Positions 13,581 through 26,056 of a DNA stretch of 64,000 nt are shown one piece after another. The stretch lies in the NCBI RefSeq assembly GCF_009914755.1, contig NC_060930.1; one strand, given 5' to 3'. The notes beneath the pieces are model-generated. The model was given only the letters and a program-made list of their open reading frames with translations. It was not told the origin of the DNA and did no database searches. Positions within the stretch are counted from its first letter, which is position 1; each line of letters begins with the position of its first letter. Origin of the DNA: the human T2T-CHM13v2.0 reference genome, Homo sapiens. Position numbers and translations under genes: made by a program.

Positions 13581-13688
13581 AATTATGGGGAATAATCAAG
13601 TAAATAATCAGATGTGATAGAGTTATATACAATCGGTTGCATATAACTCTATCACATCTGATTATTTACTTGATTATCCCCCATAATT
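13581..13688. repeat. 108-bp near-perfect palindrome (52-bp arms, 4-nt centre)
   Basis: 13581-13632 is the reverse complement of 13637-13688 with 2 mismatches; centre tcgg. Confidence 0.97.
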
Positions 13689-13717
13689 GACATAAACAGC
13701 CTATTTCCTCTTCCGAG

Positions 13718-13842
13718 TCATTTATTTATTTAATTATTCATTCAACACATCACCAAATATTTGTTGAAATTACTGTGTGCCATGTACAGTCCCAGGCCTG
13801 TACATGAAAAGATACAGCAAACAAGAGTCCTTTCCCTCAAGT
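13718..13842 (-). mobile_element. L2 3' end
   Basis: cattcaaca...aaatatttgttgaaattactgtgtgcca...gtcctttccctcaag. Confidence 0.65.
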
Positions 13843-14454
13843 TCTTTCTTATATTGAGCCAGAATCTCTTTCACCACTACTTCCAATTTGTGTACATGTT
13901 TTACCCTCAGAATTAATCAAATATGTTTTTTCAAGCAATATTACTTCAAATATCTCAAGTCACTGAATGAATGTGCCACTTTGGATGGGAGTGGGTGCTT
14001 CTCCCACTGTTGCTCTATTTTTTTTTTATTTCACTTTTAGAAGAGTCATCTTGAGAAAACTTTGTCCTTAAGAGAAAATCTTTGGATTTGGAGAATGAGA
14101 GGAGCCATAGGGACAACAATCGGGAAGGGAGATATAACTGGTTGTTTGGGGCTGGCTCTAGTTTTACTTTAAGTGATCGCAATAAAGGGCACCCCTAATG
14201 TATTTTAGTATTGTCCTGAGATTAGGAAGCAAACAGAGGTTTTGAAGAAAGTAGTAAACACGTATTTGGCTAAAATAATCCATGACTTATCTCTCCTGAG
14301 GATCTAATTGCAGACACGAGTGGCTAGATAGCATTGAAATGCAGTAAAGGAAGGGATACAGTATACACATTTCCTGATATGATGTGGCTTCCCACTCTGT
14401 ACCTCCCCTAATAACTATCCTTGGAGCTTGTTCTATTTGTCTGTATATGTTATA

Positions 14455-14581
14455 TTAGTTTGGTTCAAAAAGAATTGTGGTTTTTGCCATTAAAAGTAAT
14501 GCTTTTTATGGCAAAACCTGCAATTAGTTCTGCACATTACTTTTAACGGTAAAAACAGCAATTACTTTTGCACCAAACTAA
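14455..14581. mobile_element. MADE1 (Hsmar1-derived MITE), compound/rearranged, 127 bp
   Basis: TIRs ttagtttggttcaaaaagaattgtggtttttgccatt ... aacggtaaaaacagcaattacttttgcaccaaactaa; TA dinucleotide on both sides; extra partial arm inside. Confidence 0.93.
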
Positions 14582-14610
14582 TAAAATGTGTCACCCAAAG
14601 CTCAACTCAA

Positions 14611-14910
14611 TAGTTATTTCTCAACTTGGAAATTGGTTCTAGGATCCCTGTGGATACCAAAGTCCGTGAATGGTTAAGTCTCTTATATAAAATAATATAG
14701 TATTTGTATATAACCTACACGCAACCTCCCATATACTTTAAATCAGCTCTAGATTACTTGCAATACCTAATACAAAGTAAATGTTATGTAACAGTTGTTA
14801 TGCCATATTTTTATGTGTATTCTTTACTGTTGTATGTTATTTTTTACAACTTTTACAAAATATTTTTGATTGGGGATTGTGCAGAACCCTCAGATACAGA
14901 TGACCAACTC
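14611..14910 (+). mobile_element. MER2 (TcMar-Tigger) DNA transposon
   Basis: attggttctaggatccctgtggataccaaagtcc...tataacctacacgcaacctcccatatactttaaatcagctctagattactt...gcagaaccctcagatacagatgaccaact. Confidence 0.88.
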
Positions 14911-16148
14911 TATTATATTTCTAATGTGAATAGTAGAAATAAAGCAGAATAAGTTATTATCTAATTCTAAATATATTATTTTTAACTAAGGTAACCAACC
15001 CTTGCATTGGCTTTTTTTTTTTTTTTGGTACTAACACTGAATCATATACAGCTTAATTTTTTCTACAACTTTGTATTCTTTCTATTTACCTACTATACCT
15101 AATTTCTATCATTCTCTACATATTTAATTGCTGTTTAAATGTATTTTATTAGAATCAGTCTTTCACTCTTTTAGTCCTAAAAATATTATTAACCAGAATA
15201 GTCACATTTTTTCTTTAATTTGCTATCCATAAAATTGATGAGCATAACACATATATTTTATTCACATCTTGGCTGAATAAAAAGCTAAGAACAAAGGTAT
15301 GTCATTCTAATAACCATCTACCCCCAGAGCGACGGAAACCTTATAATCAATTAGATTAGACATTCAGCTGTTATTGTCCTTACATCTGGTTAGTTTCTTA
15401 GTCATATTCATAGGAAGAGATAAAAATAGATGTCTGAAATTTACTTGTACTTTTTTACCACACTTTCTTATTTCATGGTTTAGAAGCCCACTCAAACAAG
15501 AAAACAAGACATCTTATTTTTAGGGAAGCCATGATAGGCTAAATGGATTCTATTTTTTCTTATGGTATTCATAAACTGTTACTAATAAACAATCACATAA
15601 TTACTTATGAAGAAACCAAAATTAAGGCACTGCTGTGATATTGGTGGAAACAGTTCTCATTCTCTTTCTGGTCTCTCTCTCTCTCTTTCTGAAGAATCAA
15701 AACATGACAATTTCTTACTTCCCTGTCATCTCATTCACTGCAATTCTTCAGAGACCACTATATTTATCAATTTAATATTTTATTTTGTCAGTGTTCTAGA
15801 ATATAACTCTACCAGATCAGGAAACTTGCACAAATTTGGAGATTCTAGAACTCTTTGATCATCCCTTTGCAATTTCTCTTACTTTGATCAGCACTGAATC
15901 TACCTTTGTCATGTGGTAGTCTATGGCCATTAAGTCAGTATCCAAATAGGAATTAAGGACTGTTGAAGTCATTCCTGCCACTTCCTTGGGATAAATTGAA
16001 GTGTTACTTACTGAATCTATCTACGGAGTTCAGGAAAAAAAAGAGTCAAAAGGAGGAAGTTCAGGGAATCCAGAAGCAGCTGACCAGTTAGCAAAGGACA
16101 AACAGACTTTATAATTAAACTACCTCAGCTATCCCTCACTGTCTAAAC

Positions 16149-16336
16149 CAGTGCCACTCAAAAGTGTGGTCCATGGACCAGTAGCATCAGTATCTCCTTA
16201 GAGCTTACTGGAAATACAGATTATCAAGTCTCTTCTCAGACCCACTGAATCAGAATCTCTGAAGATAGGGGCCTGGAGCTTGTGTTTTATCAGTTTTTCA
16301 GGTGACTTACCCATGCTAAAGGTGTGATAACCACTC
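16149..16336 (+). mobile_element. MER5A (hAT-Charlie)
   Basis: aaagtgtggtccatggaccagtagcatcag...cccactgaatcagaatctctg...gataaccact; full length ~188 bp. Confidence 0.88.
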
Positions 16337-16850
16337 TTCTATGCCAGATTATATCGGAAGATGTCCCCAGGGCTAAATTCTCAGTATGGTTGTAGGGCTA
16401 TATGGATAGAAATAGAAAGGAAATAAGGTAAACCAAATACATTCACTTTTTCAATAATATTTACATAATGCTGTATGTTAACTCCCTCCTTTCACATCTC
16501 AGATGTTTGGAATAGCAAATCTTCTAAGTGAGTTATGGTACATTAGTGAATTAAATGCAAAACCTGGATTAAAGTTGAGATGTACTTACTCTTTGTTCAG
16601 ATACAATCCATTATTTTTATTTACCTTCACGAAGTTCCCATTTACCTCTTCTGAGTAATCCACTAGAATTACTTTCTTCTCACTAAATTTTAGGGTCTAC
16701 CAAGAGCCAGGTCCAGTAACATGTCTTTACAATGATTCAGTTCCTGATGACGTTTCTATTACAAGATCTTGCTAAAAGCTTATTCTTCACTGCAAAATCA
16801 TGTGCTGATTCACTACTGAAAGTTTGAGAAAAACCAGGGATATGCCTTAG

Positions 16851-17160
16851 GAGACAGCAAAGCATAGTAGAAAGTGCATCAGCTTTAGAGTCAGACTGAT
16901 CTAGCTGTGACTCATGGTTCTGCCACTTACTAGCTATGTAATCTTGAACAACTTACTAAATTTCTGAATTTCCACTTTTTTGTCCATTGGGTTTGTTGTG
17001 CAATACTTAATTGTTTATTTACTTATAAGTCTGTCTGTGTATGGATTTATTTACATGTGCTTATCTCACTACAAACAGCTGATGTGGTGACTAATGAAAT
17101 AATAAATATAAAATATCCAGCCCTTTGCCTGGAGCCCAGATGTTTAATAGTAGTTAATTC
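16851..17160 (+). mobile_element. MIR SINE (interrupted)
   Basis: gcatagtagaaagtgcatcagctttagagtcagac...ttctgccacttactagctatgtaatcttgaacaa. Confidence 0.75.
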
Positions 17161-17306
17161 TCTTTTATGTTTTCTTATTTCTTCTGCTTCTGAGAATTCT
17201 TTTTACAAAGAAGTCAAAGCATTCATCTTTGGAGCAGACTGAATGTGTGCAGTAATAAGCAACCTGACCATTACAATCCAAACGTAAGAGGTTTTCCACT
17301 CTAAGC

Positions 17307-17647
17307 CTCTGCTATCCAATATGGTGGCCTTCTGTGGCTCTTGAGGACTTCAAATGTGCCTAGTTTGAATTGAGATGTACTATATGTATAAAATAAATAG
17401 TTAATTTTACAGTTAATATGAAAAATGAAAGAATGTAAAATATCACACGAATACATTTTTATGATTATGTATATATACATATTTTGATTATGTGTTAAAA
17501 TTATATTTCAGATCTATCAACAAAAATAAACATATTATTACTTTTACCTGTTTCCTTTATTTTTTTAAATGTGCCTACTAGAAAATTTAAAATTGTATAT
17601 GTGGCTCACATTTGTGGCTCTCTTTATATTACTATTGAATAGCACTG
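17307..17647 (-). mobile_element. MER33 (hAT-Charlie)
   Basis: tgctatccaatatggtggcc...aaatgtgcctactagaaaatttaaaattgtatatgtggctc...ctattgaatagcactg; degenerate 8-bp TSD ctctaagc/ttctaagt. Confidence 0.85.
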
Positions 17648-17737
17648 TTCTAAGTTATTGGCCTTTAGACCACATTTTCCCACCAAGTAAGTGGTTTTTT
17701 TATTTTAACTCTTCTTGTCTACTTTAAATATAGCAAT

Positions 17738-18146
17738 GTTGGTAGACTGGAAAAAGAAAACGTGATACATATACACTATGGAATACCATGCATCCATAAA
17801 AAAGAACAAGATTATGTCTTTTGCAGGAACATGGATGGAGCTGGAGGCCACTATCCTTAGCAAACTGAGGCAGGAACAGAAAACCACATATTGTGTGTTC
17901 TCACTTGTAAGTGGGAGCTAAATGATGAGAACACATGGACATAGAGGGGAACAATAGACACTGGGGCCCATTGGAGGGTGGAAAGTGGGAAAAGATAGAG
18001 GATCAGGAAAAGTAACTAATAGGTACTAGCCTTAATACCTGGGTTATGAAATAATCTGTATAACAAGCCCCCATGACACAAGTTTACCTATATAACAAAC
18101 CTGCACAAGTACCCTGAACTTAAAAGTTAAATTAAAATAAATAAAT
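17738..18146 (+). mobile_element. 5'-truncated L1 3' end (L1PA13-L1PA16-like)
   Basis: ORF2 end plus 3'UTR (ttctcacttgtaagtgggagctaaatgatgagaacacatggac...aacctgcac), A-rich tail, perfect TSD aaatatagcaat at 17726-17737 and 18147-18158. Confidence 0.95.
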
Positions 18147-18694
18147 AAATATAGCAATATTTCAATCAGTGGTCCCACGTTAATGATTTATCAAATATTT
18201 GTTAATAACTACAGAGAGAACAAATCCTCAGTGAACTTGTTTGCATATCGCTGTTCAAGAAATTAGAGGCATAGGCGGGGTAGATCAAATTTATGCACAG
18301 CAACTCCCTCCTCTGGTTTTTCCTAAGAGAACTACACCCTTCATTGCCAGTTTAATAAACATTCTACATATGAGAAAGACAGTAGGGCTAGAAGTTAAAA
18401 TTATACACCTGGATGGGTGTGTACTGGTAAGCTGTCATTCTTTTTACAACAAACATTATGAGCAAGTTATTTGCTTAGGTAGTACCATATTGCAAGGCAT
18501 ACATTACATTAAAACTATAGATAAAATAGCTTATTTTCCCTTCCTTTCTGCCCCCAAATTAGAAATGCCCTTATCTAGCATCTTTCCCTGTCTTTACCTT
18601 ATTGAAACCGATACCAAGTCCTAGTTTCTACATGAAATTTTCCCTAGTTCAGTTCAACCTCTCTATTATTTGACATACTATAACCGGTGCTATT

Positions 18695-18828
18695 TGTTAT
18701 ATATACATATATTACAAATAGAAAAGGCACATACATATATGTTATATATACACATATTGCATATATGTTGTTATATATACATATATTACATACAGAAAAG
18801 GTATATATATAACAGCACTCATTACAGG

Positions 18829-18885
<57 letters not shown>
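18695..18885. repeat. TA-rich degenerate tandem repeat ending in pure (TA)26
   Basis: Three gttatatatacayatatt units followed by uninterrupted TA at 18834-18885. Confidence 0.92.
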
Positions 18886-18887
<2 letters not shown>

Positions 18888-19149
18888 CTTCCCTAAACAT
18901 GATGCTTTTTTTACCTAATTGTTTTTCAATGTAGGTCTTATCTACCTATCCATGCTCTTAACACCTCAAGGAGATTGCCTATACTCCTTGGTGTCCCTCA
19001 TAGCCTTTGCTTAAGTAGAGTAGGTAACTTTGACTATAATGATAGGAATGAAGGTAAAAAAGAGCAATATAAAAATGAACATCTATGAATATATGAATTA
19101 CAATTACAAGGTCATTATGAACAAGAAAGATCTGTTTAGCATTTTGGCC

Positions 19150-19915
19150 GAAATGCCTTTTCTGCATTTCAAATTTATCAAAGCTAAAATTGAATCCATG
19201 AACTTCCTTTTCTTAACTTGATCTTGCTTCTCTGATTCCTATTTTAGTGAGTGCTGCTACCTTCCCTTGACTCAGATATATATACCCTTGACTCACTCTC
19301 CCCTAAACCCCCTACATTTAGCCAGACTCCAGTCCTGTTGATATGATTCAAATTCATTTAGCTATTCCAATCCTCTCTGTCAATCCCCTATCTCCATGCC
19401 TCCTGTCTTCCCCCAGCTCCCAGCCCCATCAGTGGGAAGTGTCAAAAACACAAATTTGAGCATGCCATGCTTCTGCTTAAAATCCCCACTCTTTTTCATT
19501 ACTTTGGAGTAAAGTCTTAATGTTTTTACAGTAACGTGGTTCATTTATAACACTTCAATGTCAACTCTCATTCCTGTTGCTCCTGACCCCAACTTTGTGC
19601 TAACATCATTTTGGTTCTCCTAATCTGTCTCTCTTTTCCCTACCTCTGGGCCTTTCCCATGGTATTCCCTGCATGAATGCACTCATTCCCTCTAACTTGA
19701 TTAGCTCCTCCCACCACCTCCAGTCAGTTGACCCTGGATTGTATGTTCCAGTGGCATTGCATAGGGACCTGATTATAATTCTGCTTGTCTGACTCTTCCA
19801 CTGAAATGCAGGCAGAGTCAGGGTGTGCTTCTTTTGCCCTTATAGCTCTTCCTGTTAGTACTGTGTGTGTCTGGCTCATGTAGGGACTCGATCATTATTT
19901 TTTGAAGAAAGAACA
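19150..19915 (+). mobile_element. L2 3' region
   Basis: cacaaatttgagcatgccatgcttctgcttaaaatccc, cctctgggcctttcccatggtattccctgc, terminal gtctggctcatgtagggactc. Confidence 0.65.
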
Positions 19916-20279
19916 AAAAATTTGGTGAAGGTAAAGAAAGCAGGGAGATAAAGAAATTTATTTTATTATTCTACTTGCTTTCAAATATGTAATTTGTTAT
20001 GATCATTACTGAACCACCATTTGGGGACATATCCTTAGGCTGTTGCTTTTTGCTGTTAATTTCATTACAGGCTTTTTCTTGCAATTAGGTTCACAGTTTT
20101 AAGAAGAGGTTGGTTGAACACAATAGCTAACATTCATAAGACAAATTGGTCTTTCTAGGGACCAACACCCACCCTCTCCCTGTGAGTAACAGCACCATGC
20201 CCTTACAAATGGAGCTAATTTGTCCACTGTAAATACCTGTTCATTACTTCCATTGCGACAGTCAATGGCAAGTGAACTC

Positions 20280-20500
20280 AATTAGTCAATCAATCCATTA
20301 AAAAGTTAATGAATGTTTGTTCTATATTCAGCACTGTGCTAAGCAATGAACAAATACTAAATGAATATGAGTCTGGAGAATCTGGAGCATAATTGTAAGA
20401 AATTCTCTCTGGGTGAAAAAAAATAAGTTAAATACAAGAAGTAATCATAGAGAAATACCATGCTAAAGGGGTACTCCTGAATCCACACAACAGAGTAAAT
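20280..20500 (-). mobile_element. L2 3' end
   Basis: tcaatcaatccatt...ttctatattcagcactgtgctaagc. Confidence 0.5.
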
Positions 20501-22304
20501 TCAGAAAGAAATGTCAATGTGGTATTTTATCAATAAATATCAAAGAACTGTCAACATCAACTAGAACTTCAAAACAAGCAGGTGAAAGATATTGACCTAA
20601 AAAAAAAAAAAGCCCAATGGAGTTAACAAGGTAGACGTTTACTCACCAAAATGTCAGTCAGTAAAGCTACAGTCATGAACGTCTGCTCTGTTCTCCCTGT
20701 TTATATGAACAGTAGAATGCCAAATATAGGGCATTCAGCAATCACTGACTCAAGCCCTCATTCTCAGCCAAAAAGTCTCCCTGCATGACAGCAGCAGCCA
20801 AGGTGTTTGGGTCAGGCACTGTGAAATTGCCTTGGCTGACTAGGATTTATGTTATTCCAGCAAGGACATAATACTCTTGTCTTGTTGCTCCATCACATGT
20901 GCTCCAGGGGAAGAAATGGTATCAAGGATTCCAAAGCATCCTATCTCATGTTGTGCTCAAACTTTCAAACAGTACATGCTAAAGAGGTATAAATGCTTTG
21001 GGCCACTTTCTTTTTCTAACCAATAAAAGACAATATTTGTCAAACTGTTGAAAGAAAACATGGCAGCTTATATAATTGGTTTAGATAAGTTAAAAAAATC
21101 CCTTGGATGAGGAACAATTTTACTCCATAAACACTGAGCTTACTTAGAAGCCACAGGTAAGTCTACTACCTGCATGGATTGCTAATGATAAGGGCTGGAG
21201 TGTAGTGGGATGATGCTATAATGAACAAACATAGAAAGAAAGGGGCAAGGTCATGAATATGTCCTGATAATACACTATGTTGGTTCAGTCATTAAAGTTA
21301 TTTCTTAATGGGGTGAAACATTTCAAATACCTTATTTTCTTCTTTTGATAGTGCAAAGTATGAAACTAATCAGGAAAAAAAAAACCCAACCTTGTAACTA
21401 GATAATAGACGAGTATATCTCGTGGTCACTCTTTGCAATTAAGCTTAATGATACAGAGGAGCATGGCAGAACAATAAAGAGAGTAAATCTACAGTTAGTT
21501 TTGCATCTTGGCTCTACTAGTTTTCAATCTTAGGCAATCTATTTATTTACTTTCATTATTTCTTTCACTCCTATTTCTCTTTATCAGTGTTTCTGTCAAG
21601 GTACATTTTTTTTAACAATATTTAAATATTTTTATGTCTCCTACGTTACCAAGTACAGAGTATTGCACATAGTAGGTGTTCAATGTTTCTGTGGAAAGCA
21701 ACCAAGTCTGTATTTCAGTTTAAAATGTCATGGCTTAACTGTAAATGGCCATGCTAATAACACAGATCTTTAATTGGCAATAGAAATTTCAGGTTCTAGA
21801 AACTAAAATGCTTCCTTTAGAGAGGTTTCTCAACAAAATTTGTTGGTGGATATAAAATAGTATTTTTGAAATTTAGCTTTTTTTCTTATTGTTTGATTAA
21901 AACCAATAATAATGTTATTTAATGTTGAGAAATCATTAGAAAAATATTAAGCCCTTGATAACATTGTCACTTATTAGTCCACCATTGCTATAATTATATA
22001 TTTCAACTTTAATATAGTACTTATGGAAGCCCAATTAAGTTTGTATTAATTTGGCTTAGGATTTTGAACTCCGTTCTTGCATTGCCAAGAGTGATAACAG
22101 AGGCAGGAGAGAAGTGCATCAGTGAAAGTCAGAGAATACAAAGCCCCATTGCAAGAGGCTTAATTTCATTACATACGTTGCTTTGCAGAATTGCAGGGAA
22201 GGAAAAAAAAATATGTGTGTATGTGTGTGTACATATTTTTAAAATAATGCTTTATATACAAATATCTTCCTTAATTTGCCAGGACTTCTATTACTTTTAT
22301 TTAC

Positions 22305-22470
22305 CTTCCCAATAAATACTCAAGATAGAATTATTAATACCTCCATTTTACGAAAGACTGGGACACGGAAAGATTAATTTATTTACTTATCGTCAAGGTA
22401 ATGCCAGCCTTGGTATTAGAAGCTATTATCACCTGATTCACATAGTCTTTGAATCTTTCTACTATTCTAT
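22305..22470 (-). mobile_element. MIR fragment
   Basis: ttattaatacctccattttacgaaagactggg...ttaatttatttactt...caagg. Confidence 0.5.
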
Positions 22471-23229
22471 TTTGACATAAGAGAAAACGTACCATGTTCC
22501 AATGCACGTTTCTACATTTTAGTAGCAAAAATACACCCCCCGCCCCTTGAGACCAGCAGCCTCCGCCACAGCAGCAGCACCAGTAGTGGCTGTAATAAAT
22601 TGAGCCATCTTAAAATGTTTTAAATCCCTCATTAGATTTCGTAAGAGTGAATTGACTTTTTTAAGAGCGCTGGTGTTTTTTTTGGGTCAAATCGTAAGGA
22701 ATGTTTTTTTCCTTTTCAAACCTACTAAATATGTTCTATTGCTTTAGAAGAGTTGAAGAATGCTGAGGACTTAAATTCTGATCAGAATAGATATGAGGCG
22801 GCCTTAAAAATGAACAAACAAAATATGTATTTCACATAGCATATGCTTAATGCATGCTGCTTTCATAAATGAAGTCTCCCAAAAATGTATTTCTAACATC
22901 AGCTGGGATTGTAAGCAAACCCCTGGTTCCCTCCTACTTAAAATTTGCTATTTCAAAAACAGCTTTTCTGAAAGTGAAGAAATTAAAGCATTGGGCATAT
23001 TTCCATGACCACAGCTGCTAATAGTAACTACCCCTTTTATTAACTCATCAAGCATTTAAAGTCTATACGACTGTTTTGCATAGGTATCTTGGAATAGATT
23101 TTTCTCTATATGTATATCTCCCGATAAAATTTTACTTTTCGAGGGTAGGTTGACACAATCAAATATGAATAATCTATGAATTATACATTCCTTTGACAAA
23201 TGTCGGCTGAGTGATAGCACATTTTGTTA

Positions 23230-23397
23230 ATGATGCTTTTCTCATAGCGTAGTTTTTAGACCACCTGAATGAGGAGAACATCGGGTGTTTGTTAAAAATG
23301 TAGCCTCTAAGACCTTGCACCAAACTTCTGAATCAGACTGTCTATGGATAAGGTGCAGGAATGAGTCTCATGCACACCTGTGTTTGAACATCAGTGA
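23230..23397 (+). mobile_element. MER5-family fragment (hAT-Charlie)
   Basis: gtttgttaaaaatgtag...cttctgaatcagactgtct...gtttgaacatcagtg. Confidence 0.55.
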
Positions 23398-25282
23398 ACT
23401 AGAGGATAACGGTGGGGGCACAAGAAGTTACAAATGCAGACACAAAAGGTAGTGTAAGGTTGGGGTAGGCTAAGTAAAAGCAATACACCAAAACCAAACT
23501 GCTCATCTCTAAACTTTGCCCGACCGCTTCTCAATTTCCTGCTCTGTAGGTTCATAGCCCAAGTCATTTCTCACCAAAGATTATTAACTTTTCTTATGTG
23601 ATGAGATTTTACTAGAAATGTGAATCGTTTTGCCAGAAACATCACCAGTGGATTCTAAAGAAGCTGGCTCCAGACAGCCTGTCGACTGAATGACCATGTG
23701 GACTGCTGTAACTTGGTTCCCCAACGGACTCAAGGAAGTTCTGTAGGTTGGATGGTCTCTGCAAACAGTAGTTTAAGGAGCAGGACAGAAAACATTAAAC
23801 GTAACTTAATATAGCACACAATTTCAGCCCTGACAAGGACCAGGTCTGATCCTATGTGGAGATCAAATTACAGAGGGACACCCTGTCCCCCCACCACCAT
23901 TGGCAGCCTCTATGGGAAAAGTTACCGAGCAGCTGCACTACCTTATCTAGTCAAAGGAAAGAAAGAGGTCATCAGATTCCAGGGCTGCCAGTTGTTAAAC
24001 CTTTATAAAAACCACTAGGGGAAAAAAATGCCTACATGGTTTTAAGAAAAAAATACACAAAATAATTATAATTCCTTTGAGAACATAATCCAGGATTTAT
24101 TTTCTGAAATAAAAACCTGGAAGAAAAAAATAAACACACATTAAACTATTAATGACCAAATATCACTTAGGGATTTGACTACATTTTCTTTCTTATGCTA
24201 ACATTATGGAGCCAAAGGCAGAATACTCTGAAAGACTAATTGCAAATGAAATTGAGACTGCCAAGCATTTGATCAGCTCCTGTCAAATTTATTTAGTGTA
24301 TTATACTGAGTTACATTAATAAAAATAAATTAATTAAATTAAATAAATATTTTAGTCTGACCAAAAAAAAATAAAAATAGAAATAAAACCATTAAATAGA
24401 CCAATGGAAAAGTCTTGGCATCATACAAAAATCTACTCAGTAAAATATTTAAAACTAAATTGGTAGCAAACCTGGCCTAGATAGTGATAAATCTCATCTA
24501 TATAATGTTAACTGAAGCTAAAACAACCACACTTTGAATTGAATATCTTATTTCCAACTTTCCCTATAAAAACCTACAACTGAAAACCTCAATTTCTAAA
24601 CTATTCTTGGGTCTGAAAGTAACCAGTGTTTTCTAGAAGTCAGTTTATTTTGTGAGGTGCTAGAAGTGAATACCACTCTGTTTCTGCGCAGCCTCCAGGG
24701 CTGCTGGCTCTCCAGCCTTGAGATTGACTCTGTTTTACAGTTATCTTACATTTGTTTACCCCATCTTAAAGCTTAAGCCTCTTAGGTCAAGGACCCTGCT
24801 TTTGGTGGTTTATCCTTTCTGAAGCAATATACTCCTCTGTAAATAGTTGTGTTTGGCCATCCCAAGACACTTCAGTCGAATTTTCCCATAGAAGAGAAAG
24901 TTATTTAAAGGGTGCTTTATAGTTAAAGCACAACAGAACTCTTATTGAGTCTTTTCCTGTGAGTTCCGTCAATACATACACAGCTTGGGAAACTCGAGGC
25001 ATAGCGAAGCCAAAGTCACAATCAAGGAAGGCTTAAGTGTTTCTTAGAGAAGCTGAATTATGGTCAAAGTACTACTGGCAGAACCCTCCAAATCAGGTAA
25101 AAAGTGATGAATCTATTAATTATAATTATTTTGTGAAGATTTGACACCAAAGAACTTACGTATTTCAGTGAATTGGCTATTATTTGAGGCATTAAAGATA
25201 TAACTAGACCTTCGTTTGTTAGCAGAGTTACTATCATAGTATGTATTTGATGAATTTCCCTTTTCTCTGGCTGGTATGCATG

Positions 25283-25460
25283 CCGTGGTTTCAAACTTGG
25301 TGGGGCATCAGAATCACTGAGAAACATTTAAAAGCATTAAAACAGCAACATCCAGATTTCAGAGCCTTGCCTACCCACTGGTGGTGCCTGGGAATCTGTA
25401 GATGTACAAAGTTCCAGAGGCAAGTCTGATTTCTGATGCTTTGCTGGGTTGGCAACCACT
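25283..25460. mobile_element. MER5A/B-like element
   Basis: ccgtggtttcaaacttgg...catcagaatcactg...ttctgatgct...gttggcaaccact. Confidence 0.65.
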
Positions 25461-25624
25461 ACATATGCCCAAAGAGTAGAATGGATTCCCACAAGGTGCT
25501 GCCTGCCCTTCTCCTAAATACCTAATGTCTCTCTGGTGTACCATCCAAAAGGAGGACCTGGAGCCTCAAACTCAGAACTCAGGTGCACTTGCAATTCATC
25601 ACCATGCAATCTCCTTATATGAGA

Positions 25625-25779
25625 AAATAGTCACCTGAGAAGCTTTAAAAAATACCCATTCCTGGTCTCCTTCCCAAGATAATCTGATTTGATTCATCTG
25701 AATGGAATCCTGGCATCCATGAGTATGTTTTAAAGTCTTCCCAGATGCTTTTAACATGTAGCCTAGTTTGAGACCCACT
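25625..25779. mobile_element. MER5B
   Basis: tcacctgagaagctttaaaaaataccc...ttttaaagtcttcccagatgcttttaacatgtagcc...tgagacccactg. Confidence 0.75.
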
Positions 25780-25911
25780 GGAAGGGACGAAAAGATGCTT
25801 CTACAATGAGCATCCACGAAGTACTTAAATAATAACCAGGTACATTGTCTAGATTCTTGATATTTAAGTTTCCCAACAATATTTTGAGATTAAGCAGAAA
25901 GTATGCTAGAG

Positions 25912-26056
25912 TATGCCTACTCAAAGTGTGGTCCGTGTACCAGCAGCATCACCTGAGAGCTTGTTAGAAATGCAGAATACCCAAGCCAGGGTTTCTGTAT
26001 CAGAATAACAAGACCCTCCAGTAATTTGTATGCATCTTCAAGTTTGAAAGGCACTC
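25912..26056 (+). mobile_element. MER5A with internal deletion
   Basis: ctcaaagtgtggtccgtgtaccagcagcatcacctgagagcttgttagaaatgcagaat; perfect 8-bp TSD tgctagag (25904-25911, 26057-26064). Confidence 0.88.

Noticed and set aside
14455-14581. Calling a named MIR548 gene
   Set aside because: MADE1 copies are numerous and I cannot match this one to a specific annotated precursor from sequence alone.
18241-18624. 127-aa ORF in unique sequence
   Set aside because: TTG start, no recognisable domain or convincing exon boundaries; length compatible with chance.
21153-21162. Perfect splice donor cag|gtaagt (also a minus-strand cag|gtaaga near 49362-49370 and an acceptor-like tract at ~27660-27672)
   Set aside because: Isolated splice-like motifs are expected by chance in 64 kb; no paired exon with coding signal. 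A lncRNA exon cannot be excluded without RNA data.
22535-22592. GC box plus short CAG-rich stretch resembling a promoter or CTCF/REST site
   Set aside because: Only ~60 bp, no CpG island, and the CTCF/REST matches are partial.
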